A DNA stretch of 64,000 nucleotides, from NCBI GenBank assembly GCA_021774445.1, contig JAJFJA010000056.1, positions 18,347 to 82,346 of the forward strand, in the 5' to 3' direction. Shown in pieces: positions 28,234-38,972 of this stretch. The stretch's first letter is position 1; the number at the start of each line of letters is the position of its first letter. The stretch is from Alphaproteobacteria bacterium. Its GTDB lineage: Bacteria; Pseudomonadota; Alphaproteobacteria; UBA6615. Made by a program: the position numbers and the translations under genes. The notes beneath the pieces were generated by a model. That model was not told the origin of the DNA. It was given only the letters and a program-made list of their open reading frames with translations, and did no database searches.

Positions 28234-29155
28234 CGCTATCGGCGGGGACGAGCGGTTTGCGGCGGGCAGCGCCCGGGTCGGCAGGGTAATCGGCCAGCGT
28301 GCGGCGCCGATCGCGGTCGTCGTGCTGGTGGTTCTCGTGGCGTGGTATGTCGGCGCCGTGGCGATGAATGCCCGGCTTCAGATCGATGCCTTCGAACGCC
28401 AAGAGGTGGCTTGGGACCGCGGCGACTTGGTGCGCGCGACGTTGTCTCAGGAGCGGCCGCTGTTACCGGCGCCGCATCAAATCCTGGTGGAGATGAAGAA
28501 GACCATCATCGATCAGAAAATCACCTCCAAGCGAAGCTTGGTCTTTCATTCCTGGGTGACGTTGTCGTCAACCCTGCTGGGCTTCGCCATCGGCACGGCG
28601 CTTGGCGTGGTGCTGGCCATTGGCATCGTGCATGTGACGACCCTGGAAAAGAGCTTGATGCCCTGGGTAATCTCCTCGCAGACGATCCCGATCCTGGCGA
28701 TCGCCCCCATGGTGGTCGTGGTGTTGGGGGCCATCGGCCTGAAAGGGTTGCTGCCGAAGGCGATCATATCGACTTATCTGTGCTTCTTCCCGGTCACGAT
28801 CGGGATGGTGAAAGGGCTGCGGGCGGCGGATTCGCTGCAATTGGACCTGATGCAGACCTATAGCGCGAGCCGATGGCAGACGTTGTGGATGTTGCGCTGG
28901 CCGGCGGCGTTGCCGTTCCTGTTCACGAGCCTGAAGGTTGCCATCGCGATTGCCCTGGTCGGGGCGATTGTCGGCGAACTTCCGACCGGTGCCCAGGCCG
29001 GCCTGGGGGCACGGCTGCTCGCCGGTTCGTACTACGGTCAGACGATCCAGATCTGGTCCGCCTTGCTGACCGCGGCGGCCTTGGCTTCGCTGCTCGTCAC
29101 AGCGGTGGGAGTGATCGAGCGGTTGACCTTGTCGCGCATGGGAGGCCGGCCGTGA
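28223..29155 (+). CDS. ABC transporter permease (NitT/TauT family)
   Basis: Start chosen at MTTDAIGG, overlapping the upstream stop (ATGACGACTGA). Polytopic protein. Confidence 0.8.
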   Translation: MTTDAIGGDERFAAGSARVGRVIGQRAAPIAVVVLVVLVAWYVGAVAMNARLQIDAFERQEVAWDRGDLVRATLSQERPLLPAPHQILVEMKKTIIDQKITSKRSLVFHSWVTLSSTLLGFAIGTALGVVLAIGIVHVTTLEKSLMPWVISSQTIPILAIAPMVVVVLGAIGLKGLLPKAIISTYLCFFPVTIGMVKGLRAADSLQLDLMQTYSASRWQTLWMLRWPAALPFLFTSLKVAIAIALVGAIVGELPTGAQAGLGARLLAGSYYGQTIQIWSALLTAAALASLLVTAVGVIERLTLSRMGGRP

Positions 29156-30294
29156 GCGCGGACGCGCGCGGCGACCGATGGTGCCGGGTCGCGCTGCTGC
29201 TCATGGCGCCGGCGCTGGTGCTGCCGCTGGGTGGCGGTGAAGCGATCTCTCGGTGGTCCGATGCGGCCGGCGCGCTGCCCTTTTTGCTGCCGCTGGCGGG
29301 TGTTTGCGCCTGGTTTAGCTGGCGCGGGATGGCGATAGCACGCCAAGGGGCGGTGTTGGTGCTGGCGGTCGCTCTGGGCGCCTGGGGTGCGGTGGATTTG
29401 CTGCATGAACACGGCATTGCGGGTCGCGCGGCGAGCGGCTTCTGGCTTTATGTGCTGGCACTGTGGGTGGCGGCTTGGCGGGGGATCGATGGCTTGGCGC
29501 GGTTCCGCAGCCTTGATGGACGGGCGCAACGGGCGGTGAACCTGTTGGTGCCGGCGGCTTTCGGGCTGTGGTTGATCTTTCTGTGGGAGATGGTAACGGT
29601 TGGTTTCGGGGTGCCGCAGGTGTTGCTCCCGGCGCCCAGCATGGTGGCCGAACGGTTCGCCGGATCGCTAAACCTGCTGTGGGCCGATTTCCGCCAAACC
29701 TTCCTCAAGGCGGTGATCTCGGGTTATGTGCTCGGCTGTGGCAGCGGTTTCATCGTCGCGGTGCTGGTGGACCGGGTGCCGTTCCTGCAACGCGGCTTGC
29801 TGCCTTTGGGCAATCTGGTGAGTGCGCTGCCGATCGTCGGCGTGGCGCCGATCATGGTCATGTGGTTCGGTTTCGACTGGCAATCGAAGGCCGCCGTCGT
29901 GGTGATTATGACGTTTTTTCCGATGCTGGTGAACACGGTCACGGGACTGGCGGCCGCCGGTGCTTTGGAACGGGATCTGATGCGGTCCTATGGGGCGGGC
30001 TATTGGCCGACCCTGGCGAAGCTGCGGCTGCCCGCGGCGATGCCGTTCATCTTTAATGCGCTGAAGATCAATTCGACGCTGGCCCTGATCGGTGCCATCG
30101 TCGCCGAGTTCTTCGGCACGCCGATTGTGGGTATGGGCTTCCGCATTTCCACGGAGGTGGGCCGCATGAATGTCGATATGGTCTGGGCGGAAATCGCGCT
30201 GGCGGCGTTAGCCGGGTCGGCGTTTTACGGGCTCGTGGCTCTTAGCGAGCGCGCGACAACGTTCTGGCATCCTTCGTTTCGGGCAGAGCGCTAG
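29152..30294 (+). CDS. ABC transporter permease (NitT/TauT family, N-terminally extended)
   Basis: GTG start overlapping the upstream TGA. Core motif FNALKINSTLALIGAIVAEF is paralogous to the upstream permease, and there are extra N-terminal TM segments. Confidence 0.75.
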   Translation: MSADARGDRWCRVALLLMAPALVLPLGGGEAISRWSDAAGALPFLLPLAGVCAWFSWRGMAIARQGAVLVLAVALGAWGAVDLLHEHGIAGRAASGFWLYVLALWVAAWRGIDGLARFRSLDGRAQRAVNLLVPAAFGLWLIFLWEMVTVGFGVPQVLLPAPSMVAERFAGSLNLLWADFRQTFLKAVISGYVLGCGSGFIVAVLVDRVPFLQRGLLPLGNLVSALPIVGVAPIMVMWFGFDWQSKAAVVVIMTFFPMLVNTVTGLAAAGALERDLMRSYGAGYWPTLAKLRLPAAMPFIFNALKINSTLALIGAIVAEFFGTPIVGMGFRISTEVGRMNVDMVWAEIALAALAGSAFYGLVALSERATTFWHPSFRAER

Positions 30295-30336
30295 GTTCAA
30301 TTGAAAACAAACATTGCCATCAACAGGAGGAAAATC

Positions 30337-31329
30337 ATGCACAAACTGTCTTTATCACTGGCGGCCGCAGCCCTGGGCTTGTCCGCGGCCTCGGCCCAGG
30401 CGGCGGAGGAAGTTACGCTGCAGCTCAAATGGGTGACGCAAGCGCAGTTCGCCGGTTATTACGTCGCTAAGGACAAGGGCTTTTATGACGAGGTTGATCT
30501 TGACGTTACGATCAATCCGGGCGGGCCGGATATCGCCCCGCCACAGGTGATTGCCGGCGGCGGCGCTGATGTGATTATCGACTGGATGCCGGCGGCGTTG
30601 GCCTCGCGTGAGAAGGGCGTGGCCTTGGTAAATATTGCGCAGCCGTTCAAACGGTCCGGGATGATGCTGACCTGCCGGGCCGAGACGGGCATTACCGGTC
30701 CGGACAGCTTCCGCGGCAAAACCCTGGGCGTGTGGTTCTTCGGCAACGAGTATCCGTTCCTGAGCTGGATGTCGCAGCTGGGCATTCCAACCGCCGGCGA
30801 GGGCGATGGGGTAACCGTGCTGAAGCAGGGTTTCAACGTGGACCCGTTGCTGCAGAAACAAGCCGATTGCATCTCCACCATGACCTACAACGAATACTGG
30901 CAGGTCATCGATGCCGGGTTGGCAGCCGATGACCTGGTGGTCTTCAAATATGAAGACGAGGGCGTGGCGACACTCGAGGACGGCCTGTATGTGCTGGAAG
31001 ACCGGCTGTCGGATCCGGCCTTCGTCGAGCGCATGGCACGTTTCGTAAAAGCCAGCATGAAGGGCTGGGACTGGGCACGGGAAAACCCGCAGGAAGCCGC
31101 CGAGATCGTGTTGGAGAACGATACGACCGGCGCCCAGACCGAGAAGCATCAGGTTCGTATGATGGGCGAAATCAACAAACTGACCGAGGGCTCGGACGGG
31201 ACCCTGGATCCGGCCGATTACGACCGGACGGTGAACACGCTGCTCTCGGGCGGGTCGGATCCGGTCATCACGGCCGCGCCGGAAGGGGCTTGGACCCACG
31301 CCGTTGTGGAGAAGATGAAAGCGCTGTAG
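30337..31329 (+). CDS. ABC transporter substrate-binding protein (NMT1/THI5-like, NitT/TauT family)
   Basis: AGGAGG ribosome-binding site precedes the start codon (30337). Signal peptide MHKLSLSLAAAALGLSAASAQA. Confidence 0.75.
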   Translation: MHKLSLSLAAAALGLSAASAQAAEEVTLQLKWVTQAQFAGYYVAKDKGFYDEVDLDVTINPGGPDIAPPQVIAGGGADVIIDWMPAALASREKGVALVNIAQPFKRSGMMLTCRAETGITGPDSFRGKTLGVWFFGNEYPFLSWMSQLGIPTAGEGDGVTVLKQGFNVDPLLQKQADCISTMTYNEYWQVIDAGLAADDLVVFKYEDEGVATLEDGLYVLEDRLSDPAFVERMARFVKASMKGWDWARENPQEAAEIVLENDTTGAQTEKHQVRMMGEINKLTEGSDGTLDPADYDRTVNTLLSGGSDPVITAAPEGAWTHAVVEKMKAL

Positions 31330-31410
31330 CAAGAGTTGGCCTCACGCTCGGCGAGCGTGGGGCCCTTCTTTGGCCATAGAGATCGGCGTCAAATCGTTGT
31401 TGGGAGGTGA

Positions 31411-32856
<1,446 letters not shown>

Positions 32857-32918
32857 GCGCAGCGCCGGCCGTTGATCGAACTCGTTACCGGCGCTCGCTT
32901 ATTGTTTCGGATGACGGT

Positions 32919-33269
32919 CTAAAAATCGGCGGCCAATGCTTGTACGCAGGCGCTCGCCACGCCGCGGTCGGGATCGGCCGACCCGGGCATGGTGGCCCAG
33001 CCGGTCTTCATCAGCATGTCTCGGCGCTGGTAGCTGGCAGCGCCTTTCAGCTCGGCAAGTGTTGCAACCAATAGCGGATCTTGCTTTGACTGCTGGATGC
33101 AAACCGGCACCAAGGCCGCAACGACCTCAGCTTTGGCTTGGTCGGACGCCATTTTCTGGGCCGTTCCGCCGGTTACCCATCCCCCCCATGAGAAGCCGAG
33201 GATGGCAAGAGCTATAGCGCCGACACCCGCGCCGTAAAGACCGGGTTTTAGCCACTGGGGTATTTTCAT
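32919..33269 (-). CDS. Hypothetical small membrane protein
   Basis: 116 aa with an N-terminal TM segment (GAGVGAIALAILGFSWGGW). No recognised motif. Confidence 0.4.
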   Translation of the reverse strand: MKIPQWLKPGLYGAGVGAIALAILGFSWGGWVTGGTAQKMASDQAKAEVVAALVPVCIQQSKQDPLLVATLAELKGAASYQRRDMLMKTGWATMPGSADPDRGVASACVQALAADF

Positions 33270-33394
33270 AAGTATTTCCTTTGTCTAGGAAAAGATGATC
33301 CTTCTCCTGAGAAGATCTTTTTTCAGTATAGCGAATAATAGGCAAAATAATCGGATTTTCGATTCCCGAGCTATTATTTGCGATTTTTCTCTCG

Positions 33395-33410
33395 TTAACT
33401 TCATGATAAC
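33395..33410 (+). promoter_or_regulatory. CtrA-box-like element (TTAA-N7-aTAAC) in the AT-rich region upstream of the fliX-like gene
   Basis: gTTAACttcatgaTAACa, one mismatch from TTAA-N7-TTAAC. It sits in an AT-rich intergenic region (33290-33450). Confidence 0.3.
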
Positions 33411-33593
33411 AATGAATTATTTTCCCTGTGGGAACGATATTTTTACTGAGAGGCGGGGCATTCGTGGGTGTCGCCGCAGAGGCGGACTGAGATACGGCCG
33501 GTGGAAGCCTGCCAGCGGGCGGGATTGTTATCGTTGCGTTAACCCTGACCGGACTAGCTTTGGGGCCGTGAAAGCATTTATTCGGCGTAGCGC

Positions 33594-34016
33594 ATGAAAG
33601 TGGACGGTCCAGGTCGGCTTCGTTCCGGCCCGGCGCGGCGTTCTGGCAAAAGCCAGGGCGCTGCCGACGGTGGCTTTGCCAAGCATATTTCGGGGGGCTC
33701 GGATCCGTCGACAACGGCGGTGAGCGGCGCCGTTGGCTTGGGCTCGGTCGAGGCGTTGCTGTCGATTCAGGAAACGCCGGACCCGCAGCAGCGTACGAAA
33801 TCTTCGGGCTATCGCCGCGCCGAAGATCTGTTGGACCGGCTGGACGACATTCGGATCGGTCTGCTGCTCGGGCGGTTCTCGCGCGGCCGGCTCGAATCCC
33901 TCGTAACGAGGTTGGCCGAGCAGCGTGGCGGCAATCTCGATCCAACACTGGCCGGGCTCCTCGACGAGATCGAGCTGCGCGCCAAGGTCGAATTGGCCAA
34001 ACTCTCGGTAATTTGA
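33594..34016 (+). CDS. fliX: Class II flagellar assembly regulator FliX-like protein
   Basis: 140 aa. MKVDGPG... N-terminus, conserved central RRAEDLLDRLDDIRIGLLLGR and C-terminal LLDEIELRAKVELAKL, which resemble the alphaproteobacterial FliX family as I recall it. Confidence 0.55.
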   Translation: MKVDGPGRLRSGPARRSGKSQGAADGGFAKHISGGSDPSTTAVSGAVGLGSVEALLSIQETPDPQQRTKSSGYRRAEDLLDRLDDIRIGLLLGRFSRGRLESLVTRLAEQRGGNLDPTLAGLLDEIELRAKVELAKLSVI

Positions 34017-34276
34017 AGCTGCCGGCCCAGTCCTCCGGAGTAGCCCAAAGGCCGTGGTCGGGTGCGATGTAAGGCCCGGGCGATTTTGCTGTACTGCCGA
34101 AGATTATATATATTACAACAGATTATGGCTTGGTGCTGCGAAATTGAGTCGCTTTTTGGCGGTATTGCTTCAGGAATATCATTTGACGCGTAAAGCGACT
34201 TTGTGACGCGGTCGAAATTCCATATACTCCGCCCGCCGATAAGGCCCCTTGGTTGAACGAACGCTGAGGACAGGTA

Positions 34277-34696
34277 ATGTCGTCGACGTTGAAAACAGCG
34301 GACTATGAGCCCTCCGACAATGAGGGGTTCATGAATGAGAGGATGCGCACCTACTTCCGTCGCCGCTTGACGGAGTGGCGCGACGGATTGTTGCGGGAAT
34401 CCGACCAGACGCTGCAGAACCTGCAGCAGGAGAGCGTGCAGGAAGCGGATATTGCGGATCGGGCATCGCTGGAGGCCGATAGGGCTCTAGAGCTCCGGAC
34501 GCGGGATCGCGGCAGAAAGCTGATCTCCAAGATTGATGAGGCACTCAGCCGTCTTGATGACGGCAGTTACGGTTACTGCGTGGAGTCCGGAGAGCCGATT
34601 AGCCTGCGGCGCCTGATGGCTCGACCAATCGCGACCTTGAGTATCGAAGCTCAGGAGCGTCATGAGCGGCTCGAGAAAACCCATAAGGACGGCTAG
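34277..34696 (+). CDS. dksA: RNA polymerase-binding transcription factor DksA
   Basis: 139 aa with a coiled-coil tip containing acidic residues (QEADIADRASLEADRA) and a C-terminal zinc-finger-like region (GSYGYCVESGEPI). Confidence 0.85.
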   Translation: MSSTLKTADYEPSDNEGFMNERMRTYFRRRLTEWRDGLLRESDQTLQNLQQESVQEADIADRASLEADRALELRTRDRGRKLISKIDEALSRLDDGSYGYCVESGEPISLRRLMARPIATLSIEAQERHERLEKTHKDG

Positions 34697-34722
34697 CGTT
34701 CCGCAGGCGTGATCGACAATAA

Positions 34723-34752
34723 GAGGCCGGCTGCCTACATGGCAGCCGGCCT
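34723..34752. terminator. Bidirectional terminator between dksA (+) and flgH (-)
   Basis: Perfect 12-bp stem AGGCCGGCTGCC-tacat-GGCAGCCGGCCT followed by ctctcgtttgg. Confidence 0.7.
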
Positions 34753-34803
34753 CTCTCGTTTGGTCTACCTGACCGGTTCTACCTGAACTGAAACCTGCTT
34801 GGC

Positions 34804-35559
34804 CTAGAACGGGAAGATGATGTCGTAAACCTGTTGGCCGTAGCGGGGCTGCTGGACATCAGTGATCTGACCGCGACCACCGTAGGCAATGCGTGCTTCG
34901 GCGACTTTTTCGGAGAGTATGGTATTCGCCGAGCCGATATCCTGGGGGCGGATTACGCCGGTGATTTGCAGTTCGCGGACTTCGAAATTGACCCGGACCT
35001 CCTGGCGGCCGTGGATGACCATGTTGCCGTTCGGCAGGATCTGGGTGACGATGGCAGCCACCTTGATCTTGATAGCCTCGTCGCGTTCGATCTTGCCGAC
35101 ACCGGTGTGGCTGCCCTTGCTGTCGGCATCGACAAGGTTGGTCGGGTCGACGGCCTCGGGGAGAACGGCGTCCAAGGCGGCTTCAAAGCCCAGCAATTTT
35201 GCCAGGCTGGCGTCCTCGGCTGCGGTGCGGCTGCGGCTGGTGGTGTTGTTGATCTTGGCGCTATCCTGGAGATCAATGACGACCGTGAGAATGTCGCCGA
35301 CCCGACCGGCACGCTGATCTCTGAAGAAGCCTCGAGCACCGGTGCGCCATAGAGAGTTGGCGTTGCGCTCGACGGGAACAGCGGCGGGCAGGGGTAGGGA
35401 GACCGGCTGGTAACCGGCCTGGGTCGTCGGATTTTGTATGGCGGTCAGTGGCGGCTCCGAGCCGACCTCACTAAGTCGGGTCATGGCGCTACAGCCACTG
35501 AGGGCGACCACAACCCAGCAGAGGCCGACGAGGCGTGACCGGCTTGAGTGTTGGCTCAT
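34804..35559 (-). CDS. flgH: Flagellar L-ring lipoprotein FlgH
   Basis: 251 aa with a lipobox (LSGCS), GDILTVVI and a C-terminal ARIAYGGRGQ motif. Confidence 0.9.
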   Translation of the reverse strand: MSQHSSRSRLVGLCWVVVALSGCSAMTRLSEVGSEPPLTAIQNPTTQAGYQPVSLPLPAAVPVERNANSLWRTGARGFFRDQRAGRVGDILTVVIDLQDSAKINNTTSRSRTAAEDASLAKLLGFEAALDAVLPEAVDPTNLVDADSKGSHTGVGKIERDEAIKIKVAAIVTQILPNGNMVIHGRQEVRVNFEVRELQITGVIRPQDIGSANTILSEKVAEARIAYGGRGQITDVQQPRYGQQVYDIIFPF

Positions 35560-36539
35560 TGGGCGGCTCCTAGAATCTGGGCAAGTTGGCTGCTGGCACC
35601 GACGGCAACTTGATCGGAGCCGACCACGGTGGCGTCGATGGTCTTGAGGGTCTTGGTGTTTTGGACGCGTACCAGATCGCCGTCGCTGCCGTCATCGAGG
35701 GCTCGGCCGGTGGCGGTGAGGGTCATGTTGTTACTGTGGAACACCATGGTTACCGGACGGCCGCGTTGGACGAGCAAAGGTTGGCCGAGTTCGGTGGCGG
35801 TTATCGGCATGCCGGCGCTGAGCGGGCGGCGTGGTGCCAGGCCGACGAGAGCGGCGGCGTCGGTGGCGGTGTTGCTGCGAATTGTGGATTTCCGAACGCG
35901 CTTCAGGACGATGTCCGTATCGCCGATACGCTCGCCGCGCTGTAGAGTTCGCGCCGGCACCGGAATCTCGACGACCGCAAAGAACCGACCGGAGACATTG
36001 ATGCGGCGGGCGCTGGGGTCGTTGGCCGGAATGCGGAGCACCGCCGCGACACGCTCGCTTCTCTCTTGAATGGAAATGCTTTCGATGGCGATTGTCGCCA
36101 GCTGTTCGACGGGGACATAAACGTTCAACGCGGTGTTGTTGACCGCTAACTCATACTCGCTGCCATAGCCTCGTGCCGCCAGTTCTTCGCGCAGCGCGGC
36201 CTCGATTTCGGCATGGGCGACGATGTTGCTGGCGCGCTCGACGGTTACTCGGTCGAGCCGGCTTTGGGCGCGCCAGTCGAGGCCATGCTCGCGGGCGACA
36301 CGGCCGAGCCAATTGGCGTCGAAAACGGCGCGGCGGCCCGGTGGCGGGGAATAGGCGACGACGGTGTCAGCGGCGGTGGTGACGCCGTCGAACAGATCGC
36401 CAAGACGCACGACATCTCCTTCGATAACGATGTCCTTTCGCAGGACCGGTGCCAGCTCGGCCGATGCCTCAATGGCGAAGCCCCAAATCATGACAGCGGA
36501 CACAACGGCGAACGCAAGGTGACGGCTACGCGGTATCAT
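35556..36539 (-). CDS. flgA: Flagellar basal-body P-ring formation protein FlgA
   Basis: 327 aa with a signal peptide and a C-terminal SAF-like domain (IRSNTATDAAALVGLAPRRPLSAGMPITATEL). ATGA overlap with flgH. Confidence 0.8.
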   Translation of the reverse strand: MIPRSRHLAFAVVSAVMIWGFAIEASAELAPVLRKDIVIEGDVVRLGDLFDGVTTAADTVVAYSPPPGRRAVFDANWLGRVAREHGLDWRAQSRLDRVTVERASNIVAHAEIEAALREELAARGYGSEYELAVNNTALNVYVPVEQLATIAIESISIQERSERVAAVLRIPANDPSARRINVSGRFFAVVEIPVPARTLQRGERIGDTDIVLKRVRKSTIRSNTATDAAALVGLAPRRPLSAGMPITATELGQPLLVQRGRPVTMVFHSNNMTLTATGRALDDGSDGDLVRVQNTKTLKTIDATVVGSDQVAVGASSQLAQILGAAQ

Positions 36540-36548
36540 TGTTGGCTC

Positions 36549-37334
36549 CTAACGCAACCGGTTGACGGAGTTGAGCATTTCGTCGGAGGTCTGGATGACC
36601 TTCGAGTTCATTTCATAGGCCCGCTGGGCGGTGATCAGATTAGTGATCTCGGTGACCGTGTTGACATTGGAGGTTTCGAGGAAACCCTGCATCAGTTGGC
36701 CGAAGCCAGCGGTGCCCGGGTTGCCCTGGGTGGCGGTGCCGGAGGCTGCGGTCTCGAGAAACAGATTGTCGCCGGTGGCTTCCAGGCCGGCCGGGTTGGG
36801 GAAGGAGGCGAGCTGAATCCGCCCGACATTCGAGACATTGACCTGGCCGTCGATTTTTACCAGGACCTCGCCGCTGGCGTTGATGGTGATGTCAACGGCG
36901 TTGGCCGGGATGGTGATGCCGGGTTGAACGACATAACCGTCGGCGCTGACGATCTGTCCGGTGGGACTGAGTTGGAACGACCCGGCCCGGCTGTATGAGG
37001 TCTCGCCGGAAGGCAAGGTCACCTGGTAGAAACCCTGGCCGCTGATCGCGAGGTCGAGGGTATTGTCGGTGGAGGCAAGGTTGCCCTGCTCGGCGATCAT
37101 ATAGACGGCGGCCGTCTTGACGCCGAGGCCTATTTGAACGCCGGCGGGAACGACGGTGCCGGTATCCGACGAGGTGGAGCCGACGCGACGCTGGCTCTGA
37201 TACAACAGGTCCTGGAACTCGGCGCGCTGTCGCTTGTAGCCGGTCGTGTTCATGTTGGCGATGTTGTTCGAGATCACCTCGACATTGAGCTGTTGGGCCA
37301 GCATGCCGGTCGCGGCGATATTTAGGGACCTCAT
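36549..37334 (-). CDS. flgG: Flagellar basal-body rod protein FlgG
   Basis: 261 aa. MRSLNIAATGMLAQQLNVEVISNNIANMNTTGYKRQRAEFQDLLYQ, and C-terminal TVTEITNLITAQRAYEMNSKVIQTSDEML. Confidence 0.9.
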   Translation of the reverse strand: MRSLNIAATGMLAQQLNVEVISNNIANMNTTGYKRQRAEFQDLLYQSQRRVGSTSSDTGTVVPAGVQIGLGVKTAAVYMIAEQGNLASTDNTLDLAISGQGFYQVTLPSGETSYSRAGSFQLSPTGQIVSADGYVVQPGITIPANAVDITINASGEVLVKIDGQVNVSNVGRIQLASFPNPAGLEATGDNLFLETAASGTATQGNPGTAGFGQLMQGFLETSNVNTVTEITNLITAQRAYEMNSKVIQTSDEMLNSVNRLR

Positions 37335-37380
37335 CCCGTTGCTCCTTCAATCAAAACAGCACTCAAATCAGATCTCACGA

Positions 37381-38100
37381 TCAAACTGACTTGGTTAGAG
37401 TTTGGATGGCGCGTTTTTGGCGCTCATCCTCGGATTCGATAAGCTTGGCCGCGCCCTGATAGGACCGCATGACTTGAATCATGTTGGTCATCTCGACCAC
37501 GGCCTTGACGTTGGACCCTTCGAGCATGCCTTGGGCGAATTCGCTGTCGGGTGCCTCTAGGGGCTCTTGATCGGTCTCATAGAGAGAGGCGCCGGCCTTG
37601 GCCATGTCCTGCTCGTTGGCGAACGTCACCAGGCGGAGGCGGCCAATGGGCCCGTTCTCCGTCGATACGGTGCCGTCATTGCTGACCTGAATTTCGGATT
37701 CGCCCGGTGCGAAGACGATCGGCAGATCGCCCTCGGCGAGGACGGGGTCGCCGCTGACGGTCACAAGCTGGCCATCGGGGTCGATGCGGAAGGCACCGTT
37801 GCGGGTATAACGCGCCCCTTCTTTGGTTTCGACGACGAAATAGCCTTCGCCCTTTATGCCGATATCGAGCGGATTCTGGGTGGCGTTAAGGGGACCGCTC
37901 TCGACATTGCGCAAGACGCCGCGGTCTTGGACGAAGGCAATCTTGTCGCCGGTGGTGGCCTTGGCGAGAAACTCGGAGAACATCGACTCTTCGGCCTGGT
38001 AACCGGCCGTAGAGCTGTTGGCGATGTTGTTTGCAATGATGTCCAGCTGATTCTGCAGGGCCATCTGGTGCGACAACGCGATGAGAGAAGAGCTGCTCAT
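37381..38100 (-). CDS. flgF: Flagellar basal-body rod protein FlgF
   Basis: Start chosen at MSSSSLIALSHQMALQNQLDIIANNIANSSTAGYQ. C-terminal MTNMIQVMRSYQGAAKLIESEDE. Confidence 0.85.
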   Translation of the reverse strand: MSSSSLIALSHQMALQNQLDIIANNIANSSTAGYQAEESMFSEFLAKATTGDKIAFVQDRGVLRNVESGPLNATQNPLDIGIKGEGYFVVETKEGARYTRNGAFRIDPDGQLVTVSGDPVLAEGDLPIVFAPGESEIQVSNDGTVSTENGPIGRLRLVTFANEQDMAKAGASLYETDQEPLEAPDSEFAQGMLEGSNVKAVVEMTNMIQVMRSYQGAAKLIESEDERQKRAIQTLTKSV

Positions 38101-38142
38101 GATTCTCGTTCTGGTCCCATGGTTTGGGTAATTGCTCGTCAC

Positions 38143-38158
38143 TTGGGACCGTCACCTG
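38143..38158 (-). promoter_or_regulatory. Sigma-54-like promoter for flgF-flgG-flgA-flgH
   Basis: The minus strand reads TGGCACGCTACGTGCA, i.e. TGGCACG-N4-gTGCA with GG-N10-GC spacing. It lies about 40 nt upstream of the chosen flgF start. Confidence 0.4.
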
Positions 38159-38317
38159 CACGTAGCGTGCCAGGCGCGGAGTTGAGCGATGCCAAGGATT
38201 TAGAGCGTTTTGCTGCGGACTCATGGAAGCCGGATGGGGTCTTCTCGGCAGGCTTTGCCGGGTAAAGCCTGCCGAGAACCGAGACTACCGGGCCGGCCTG
38301 GTGCCGGTCCGGCCGCC

Positions 38318-38333
38318 GTAACCAAATCTTAAC
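38318..38333 (+). promoter_or_regulatory. CtrA-box-like element (gTAA-N7-TTAAC) upstream of fliL-fliM
   Basis: gTAAccaaatcTTAAC, about 80 nt upstream of the fliL ATG. Confidence 0.3.
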
Positions 38334-38411
38334 CAGGAAACTCGTACCTTCGGGCCTGGCAACCGGCGGGTTTTTAGCCTGCCGGCAGGGACTGGATGGT
38401 ACCGATAAAAT

Positions 38412-38972
38412 ATGGCCGAAAACGACGAAGCTGCCGAAGAGGCGGACAACGAAGAAGACGGCGAAGGCGAAGGCCTTGAAGGCGGTTCTCGCAAGAGCAA
38501 GAAACGCCTGCTGCTGCTTATTGTGGTGCCGGTGATATTGCTGCTCGGGGCTGTCGGCGCGGCGATCATGACCGGGCTTGCCGACCCATTGCTGGGTGGC
38601 GGGGACGCCGAAAATAGTGAATTGGCGGAAGAAGATCTCGCGGAGGAAGAAGAGGTCGCGCACGGCCCGCCGGTCTATTTCGACCTGCCGCAGATGCTGG
38701 TTAATCTCAATAGCACCGGGCGAAAATCCAACTTCTTGAAAATCGTCGTGTCCCTAGAGGTGCCCAGCGAGGAGGATATCTACACGCTGGAGCAAGTATT
38801 GCCGCGGATTATCGACAATTTTCAGGTCTATCTGCGGGAGCTGAGAGTCGAGGACCTGCGGGGATCCGCCGGCCTCTACCGCCTGCGTGAAGAACTTCTG
38901 CTACGCGTCAACAAAGCGGTCCAACCAGCGCACATCAATGACGTGCTGTTCAAAGAAATGCTCATTCAGTGA
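38412..38972 (+). CDS. fliL: Flagellar basal body-associated protein FliL
   Basis: 186 aa with an acidic N-terminus and a TM segment (LLLIVVPVILLLGAVGAAI). FDLPQMLVNLNSTGRKSNFLKIVVSLEV matches the FliL core. Confidence 0.85.
   Translation: MAENDEAAEEADNEEDGEGEGLEGGSRKSKKRLLLLIVVPVILLLGAVGAAIMTGLADPLLGGGDAENSELAEEDLAEEEEVAHGPPVYFDLPQMLVNLNSTGRKSNFLKIVVSLEVPSEEDIYTLEQVLPRIIDNFQVYLRELRVEDLRGSAGLYRLREELLLRVNKAVQPAHINDVLFKEMLIQ

Noticed and set aside
33127-33948. 273-aa minus-strand ORF overlapping the fliX-like gene and the AT-rich intergenic region
   Set aside because: It has a Pro/Arg/Ser-rich low-complexity translation and runs through an obviously non-coding AT-rich stretch. The plus-strand FliX-like reading has conserved family motifs.
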